Shown: in pieces, positions 56,478 to 57,767 of the stretch
Layout: every line of letters begins with the position of its first letter
Position numbering within the stretch: position 1 is the stretch's first letter
IMG/VR virus record: IMGVR_UViG_3300020392_000018
Location: 1 to 57,767 of that record
Reading direction: 5' to 3' (one strand)
Origin: a virus
Taxonomy: Duplodnaviria > Caudoviricetes
DNA length: 57,767 nucleotides
Notes under the pieces: model-generated
The model's database searches: none
What the model was told of the DNA's origin: nothing
What the model saw: only the letters and a program-made list of their open reading frames with translations
Program-made: the position numbers and the translations under genes

Positions 56478-57767
56478 TCACCTAAAGTTAGCCTTGATTA
56501 AATATACATGCTCACTACTAATCCCATACGCTTTACTTATGCTATCAAACGAATTTACTTCATTAACCACACCAACTAACTCACTAGCGGTCATATCTAA
56601 ATTGTGTTCTGTTTGCATTTTTGCTAGCATGTCTTCTACATGCTCAAAGTTATCTTCATTCATAGTGCCATAATGTATGGTTTTTCCTTTCAATATTCTC
56701 AAAGAATCATGTGCTTCTAGCAACTTATAGTAAATATCGGATTTCATTAATTTTTTAGCCTCGCTCAAAAAGTCATCTACTGCTTCTATTAAGTTTTTAT
56801 TTGCATCGGATTGTTTGATAAATTCATCTCTTCTATCTTCTAAAGCATCTATCAATGTGCTTATTGATGTCAATTCACTAGCGTTAGATATATCCATTTT
56901 ACTATATTCTTCGTCAGCATCAAAGTTCTCATATTCGGTAATTATTTTTTTGTTTGTTATTCGATTTATTGCACCAAATATAGAGGCAATTTCTTTTTGT
57001 GCCAACTTTTCTATTTTATCATTGTTTTTTGTAGAGGTTGCGTATATTTCTACTAGAGTTTCAACAAAATCGTCGGCTAATGCCAATGTCTTTTTCTTGT
57101 CACTAAATATACCGCCCCTGTTCAAGTCATTCAAGAAAGGTATAAGTTCTCTTAGTTTTGAAGGTTTAACAAATTCATTCTGCGAGTCCACTATTTTTTG
57201 ATTTATTATTTTGTATGGCAAAAAACCATCTTTACCTATCCTACCCTGCCCACCTTTCAAGTCTATTAGTGTGCTGACTATTCTTAGGTTTCCACTCTTA
57301 GCAAAAGGTAACTTTTGTCCTGCGTTTACACTTGGTAAATTTATAGGAGCAATAAATAATTCACCAATCAATTCTCCTATTTTGTTTAGGGTTGTAGCCA
57401 AACTTCCTAGATTTCTTCTTACTCCTTTCTTACCGGACAAAAGCCTAATTATCTTTTCAGTTCCTCGACCTTCATCAGTTGTTTGAAAACCTCTAGGTGG
57501 AGGGTCTTTCTTTTGTCCTCCCTCTTTACCAAATAATTCTAGGTTAGTAAATGTTTCAAGGGCAGACTTAGTTTCTCCTTCTAATATCATAGCCAATGCC
57601 CTAAATAAATCCTTTATGGCTGTTAAAGATTTATTTGCCTTCGATGTCGCATCTTGGGGGAGATATTCTTGTAGTTCTTTTGCCTTGAATAAAAACTTAG
57701 GTAGATACATTTCACTAGCATTATAATCTTCTATTTTTTCAAATGTCATCATTAGTTTTTGTATTAA
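56478..57767 (-). CDS. Large hypothetical protein, possibly 5'-truncated by window
   Basis: Frame has no stop between ATG 57752 and the window end. Confidence 0.7.
   Translation of the reverse strand, partial: LIQKLMMTFEKIEDYNASEMYLPKFLFKAKELQEYLPQDATSKANKSLTAIKDLFRALAMILEGETKSALETFTNLELFGKEGGQKKDPPPRGFQTTDEGRGTEKIIRLLSGKKGVRRNLGSLATTLNKIGELIGELFIAPINLPSVNAGQKLPFAKSGNLRIVSTLIDLKGGQGRIGKDGFLPYKIINQKIVDSQNEFVKPSKLRELIPFLNDLNRGGIFSDKKKTLALADDFVETLVEIYATSTKNNDKIEKLAQKEIASIFGAINRITNKKIITEYENFDADEEYSKMDISNASELTSISTLIDALEDRRDEFIKQSDANKNLIEAVDDFLSEAKKLMKSDIYYKLLEAHDSLRILKGKTIHYGTMNEDNFEHVEDMLAKMQTEHNLDMTASELVGVVNEVNSFDSISKAYGISSEHVYLIKANFR

Noticed and set aside
11019-57486. Many + strand ORFs opposite the structural genes, and - strand ORFs within 1839-8881
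   Set aside because: Antisense shadows of real genes (S/L/F-rich, no RBS or motifs).
1-57767. tRNA/rRNA genes, integrase, transposase, reverse transcriptase/DGR
   Set aside because: None recognised; almost no intergenic space and no matching motifs. tRNAscan and Infernal were not run.

Overview
The window is a ~58 kb AT-rich piece of a tailed (HK97-fold, Caudoviricetes) virus of archaea. Gene content and archaeal GGTGA/GGAGG ribosome-binding sites fit a Magrovirus-like virus of Marine Group II/Poseidoniales; this assignment is an inference, not a database result. Positions 1-9933 (+ strand) are a replication module: family B DNA polymerase split into two genes around an HNH nuclease and small ORFs, Cas4-like nuclease, fused PriS-PriL primase, XPF/ERCC4 nuclease, MCM-like AAA+ ATPase, DEDD exonuclease and a TFS-like zinc ribbon. 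It ends in a hairpin/poly-T terminator. Positions 10142-57767 (- strand) are a convergent morphogenesis module: terminase, portal, ligase-like protein, protease-scaffold, major capsid protein, adaptor, tail tube, tail chaperones with a -1 frameshift site, tape measure, a 2898-aa tail protein and fibres. Two candidate new systems stand out. (1) About 13 unrelated accessory proteins carry a short W-x-x-[IV]-[LI]-[KR] tag, mostly at the N-terminus. It resembles the C-terminal MDW[SK]DIHKMV motif of the scaffold and of a second small protein, suggesting a capsid cargo-addressing system. (2) An Arf/Sar1-like small GTPase is clustered with membrane proteins inside the virion operon. All calls rest on motif recognition by eye; no searches were run.
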